This document shows, piece after piece, positions 15,295 through 17,528 of a stretch of DNA of 17,528 bases. Origin of the DNA: a bacterium (GTDB lineage: Bacteria > CALINM01); contig JBEQAF010000042.1 in assembly GCA_041640455.1 (NCBI GenBank), forward strand, positions 1 to 17,528, read 5' to 3'. The translations under genes and the position numbers were made by a program. The notes below the pieces were generated by a model, which saw only the letters and a list, made by a program, of their open reading frames with translations, was not told where the DNA came from and searched no databases. Each line of letters starts with the position of its first letter. The stretch's first letter is position 1.

Positions 15295-17528
15295 ATGGAA
15301 CTGGATAATTTAAATAAAATTCTGTCAAAAATAAAGAGACATAGAAGCTTCTGTTACGAAAAGGTAATCCCTGAAAAGAAAGAGCAGTATAGAAACATTT
15401 CAGATCCCCATATAAATCTTTTTTTAAGAAAGAAAGGTATCAGATTATACTCACACCAGTCAGAAGGTATATTAAATATTCTTGAGGGCAGACATGTCTG
15501 CATAGCTACACCTACTGCAAGTGGAAAAACCCTATGCTATCATCTGCCAATAATTAAAGCCCTCATAAATGATAAAAACTCAAAGGCACTTCTGGTTTAT
15601 CCACTAAAAGCGCTGGCTCAGGATCAGAAGGTGAAGCTACAGGAAAACCTTGAGTTTATGAGCCCTTTTTTTCGCTGTGATATTTATGACGGAGATACCC
15701 GTCAGGGTAGAAGAGAGAAAATAAAAAGAGATATGCCCAGCTGTCTCATAACCAATCCAGATATGCTTCATTACGGATTGCTTGCCCATCATCATTTATG
15801 GGAGGGGCTCTTCGCAGGGTTGAAATATATAGTTTTTGATGAGGTTCATACCTACAGAGGTATATTCGGAGCCAATGTCTCATGGGTTATCAGAAGACTA
15901 AAAAGAATAGCAAGTTTTTACGGTTCTAAGCCTCAGTTTATAGCCACATCTGCCACAGTGGGCAACCCCGAAGAGTTTCTAAGCCAGCTTTTTGATGAGG
16001 ATTTTTATGTGGTAAAGGAAAGGGGCGATTATTCTTCTGAGAGGCACTTTGTGATTCTTAACCCCGAAGAGGAAGAAAGCGCATACATACTGGCTACAAA
16101 AATTTTTGCCCATGCCATATCGCTGGGATTACGAACTATTGTGTTTACTAAGGCAAGAAAAATAACCGAGCTTATATACAATCAGTTTGCAAGAAGCTCA
16201 AAAACTTATGCCAGAAGGGTAAGCTCTTATAGAGCTGGCTATCTGCCAGAAGAAAGACGAGAGATTGAGCAGAAGCTTTTTACAGGTGAACTACTTGGTG
16301 TTATATCCACATCTGCCCTCGAACTTGGTATAGATATAGGTAATCTGGATGTATGCATACTGGTAGGCTATCCAGGTTCAATAATTAACACTATGCAAAG
16401 ATCAGGAAGGGTAGGTAGGGGGAGAAGACCTTCTTTGACTGTTCTCATTGCCCAGAGAGATGCACTTGATCAGTTTTTTGTAAAAAACCCTGATAAATTT
16501 TTTGAGAAAGGAGTTGAGAATATAATAGTTGATCCCGCAAATAGTTTTGTTGCCAGCAATCATCTTATCTGTGCAGCTCATGAACTGCCTTTAAGAAAGG
16601 AAGAACTGCCAGAATATGATGACATGCTAAAAAACCTTGTTAACAGAGCTAAGCTAATATCCTCAAAGGATGAGAGATTATTTTTCCCTGTGGATAAAAA
16701 TCCCCACAGAAAAGTGAATATCAGAGAGGCAGGTGAAAGCTACAATATTGTTGAGGCAAAAAGTAAAAAAATAATAGGTACCATAAGCGGGAGAAGAGTT
16801 TTTAATGAGGTACACGAGGGGGCTGTTTATCTGCATAAAGGTGTTAATTATTTTGTAGAAAAACTCAATCTTTCGAAAAAAGAGGTGCTGGTTTCGGAAA
16901 GTTTTGAAAATTTTTATACCCTGCCTCTTACTGGCAAGGAGACCGAAATAATCAGCATAGACAGGGAGATTGAAGAAGATAACTATATAATTGCCTTTGG
17001 CAGACTTAAGGTTACAGAAAGGGTAATTGGTTATGAACGTAAAGATTTATTCAATCAGAATCTGCTATCAAGAGAGGAGCTGGACATGCCACCTTATACC
17101 TTTGAGACCCAGGGGCTGGTGTTCAAGCTGCCGGAGACCATAAAAGAGGAGCTGGAAAATGGAGGGTATCATCTAATGGGAAGTCTTCATGCAACCGAGC
17201 ATGCGCTGATAGGACTAATGCCCACAATTGTTCTATGTGACAGACAGGATATAGGAGGGATCTGTTACCCCTATCATTATCAGGTGGACGGTAGTGCCAT
17301 CTTTATATATGACGGCTACGACGGTGGCGTAGGGTTAAGTCTTAAAGCCTTTTTAAATTTCAGATCCCTTCTTTCTGATACATTGAAACTGCTTGAAGAG
17401 TGTGACTGCGAAACAGGCTGTCCATCCTGCATACATTCGCCCAAATGCGGTTCTCAGAATTATCCGCTGGATAAGGAAGGAGCTCTCTTCCTGATAAAAA
17501 ATCTTATTCACCCTCATAAGACTATTGG
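15295..17528 (+). CDS. DEAD/DEAH-box SF2 helicase with C-terminal DUF1998 zinc domain (MrfA/Hrq1/SftH family), 3'-truncated
   Basis: My translation of frame +1 from ATG 15295: LYSHQ, TPTASGKT (15508-15531), YPLKALAQDQ, YDGDT, TNPDMLH, DEVH (15838-15849), SATVGNP, YRAGY, TSALELGIDIG, QRSGRVGR, LHATEHAL, IYDGYDGGVG, CDCETGCPSCIHSPKC (17401-17448). No stop before the window end. Confidence 0.95.
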   Translation, partial: MELDNLNKILSKIKRHRSFCYEKVIPEKKEQYRNISDPHINLFLRKKGIRLYSHQSEGILNILEGRHVCIATPTASGKTLCYHLPIIKALINDKNSKALLVYPLKALAQDQKVKLQENLEFMSPFFRCDIYDGDTRQGRREKIKRDMPSCLITNPDMLHYGLLAHHHLWEGLFAGLKYIVFDEVHTYRGIFGANVSWVIRRLKRIASFYGSKPQFIATSATVGNPEEFLSQLFDEDFYVVKERGDYSSERHFVILNPEEEESAYILATKIFAHAISLGLRTIVFTKARKITELIYNQFARSSKTYARRVSSYRAGYLPEERREIEQKLFTGELLGVISTSALELGIDIGNLDVCILVGYPGSIINTMQRSGRVGRGRRPSLTVLIAQRDALDQFFVKNPDKFFEKGVENIIVDPANSFVASNHLICAAHELPLRKEELPEYDDMLKNLVNRAKLISSKDERLFFPVDKNPHRKVNIREAGESYNIVEAKSKKIIGTISGRRVFNEVHEGAVYLHKGVNYFVEKLNLSKKEVLVSESFENFYTLPLTGKETEIISIDREIEEDNYIIAFGRLKVTERVIGYERKDLFNQNLLSREELDMPPYTFETQGLVFKLPETIKEELENGGYHLMGSLHATEHALIGLMPTIVLCDRQDIGGICYPYHYQVDGSAIFIYDGYDGGVGLSLKAFLNFRSLLSDTLKLLEECDCETGCPSCIHSPKCGSQNYPLDKEGALFLIKNLIHPHKTI

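Noticed and set aside
1..17528. CRISPR array, tRNA/rRNA, IS/integrase, DGR or retron elements
   Set aside because: The longest intergenic gap is under 100 nt, and I found no periodic repeats or transposase, integrase or reverse transcriptase motifs.

Overview
AT-rich, gene-dense bacterial chromosomal window with no mobile element, RNA gene or CRISPR array that I can support. Gene order: 3' end of pilQ - aroC - aroK - aroB -> <- orphan hybrid sensor kinase (REC-PAS-GAF-HisKA-HATPase) | divergent | tandem double-HAD phosphatase (MtnX-like + Gph-like) -> type IV pilin -> polytopic GT-C-like membrane protein with TPRs -> nitroreductase -> 504-aa HEAT-like hypothetical -> gpsA -> gpmI -> comF -> DUF4124-like exported coiled-coil protein -> DUF1998 (MrfA/Hrq1/SftH-type) DEAH helicase. 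The helicase runs off the right end and is absent from the supplied ORF track. The pilQ-aroC-aroK-aroB synteny suggests a Desulfobacterota/Nitrospirota-like host (inference). The best candidate for an undescribed system is the pilin, which has three clustered N-X-S/T sequons and a codon-usage-shifted 3' half, paired with the adjacent STT3/GT-C-like transferase: a possible dedicated pilin glycosylation module. Other oddities: a double-HAD fusion whose junction is one A away from a TAATG stop/start overlap, and repeated -10 boxes 6-9 nt before SD-less start codons (probable leaderless mRNAs). All family calls come from motif recognition by eye, not database searches.
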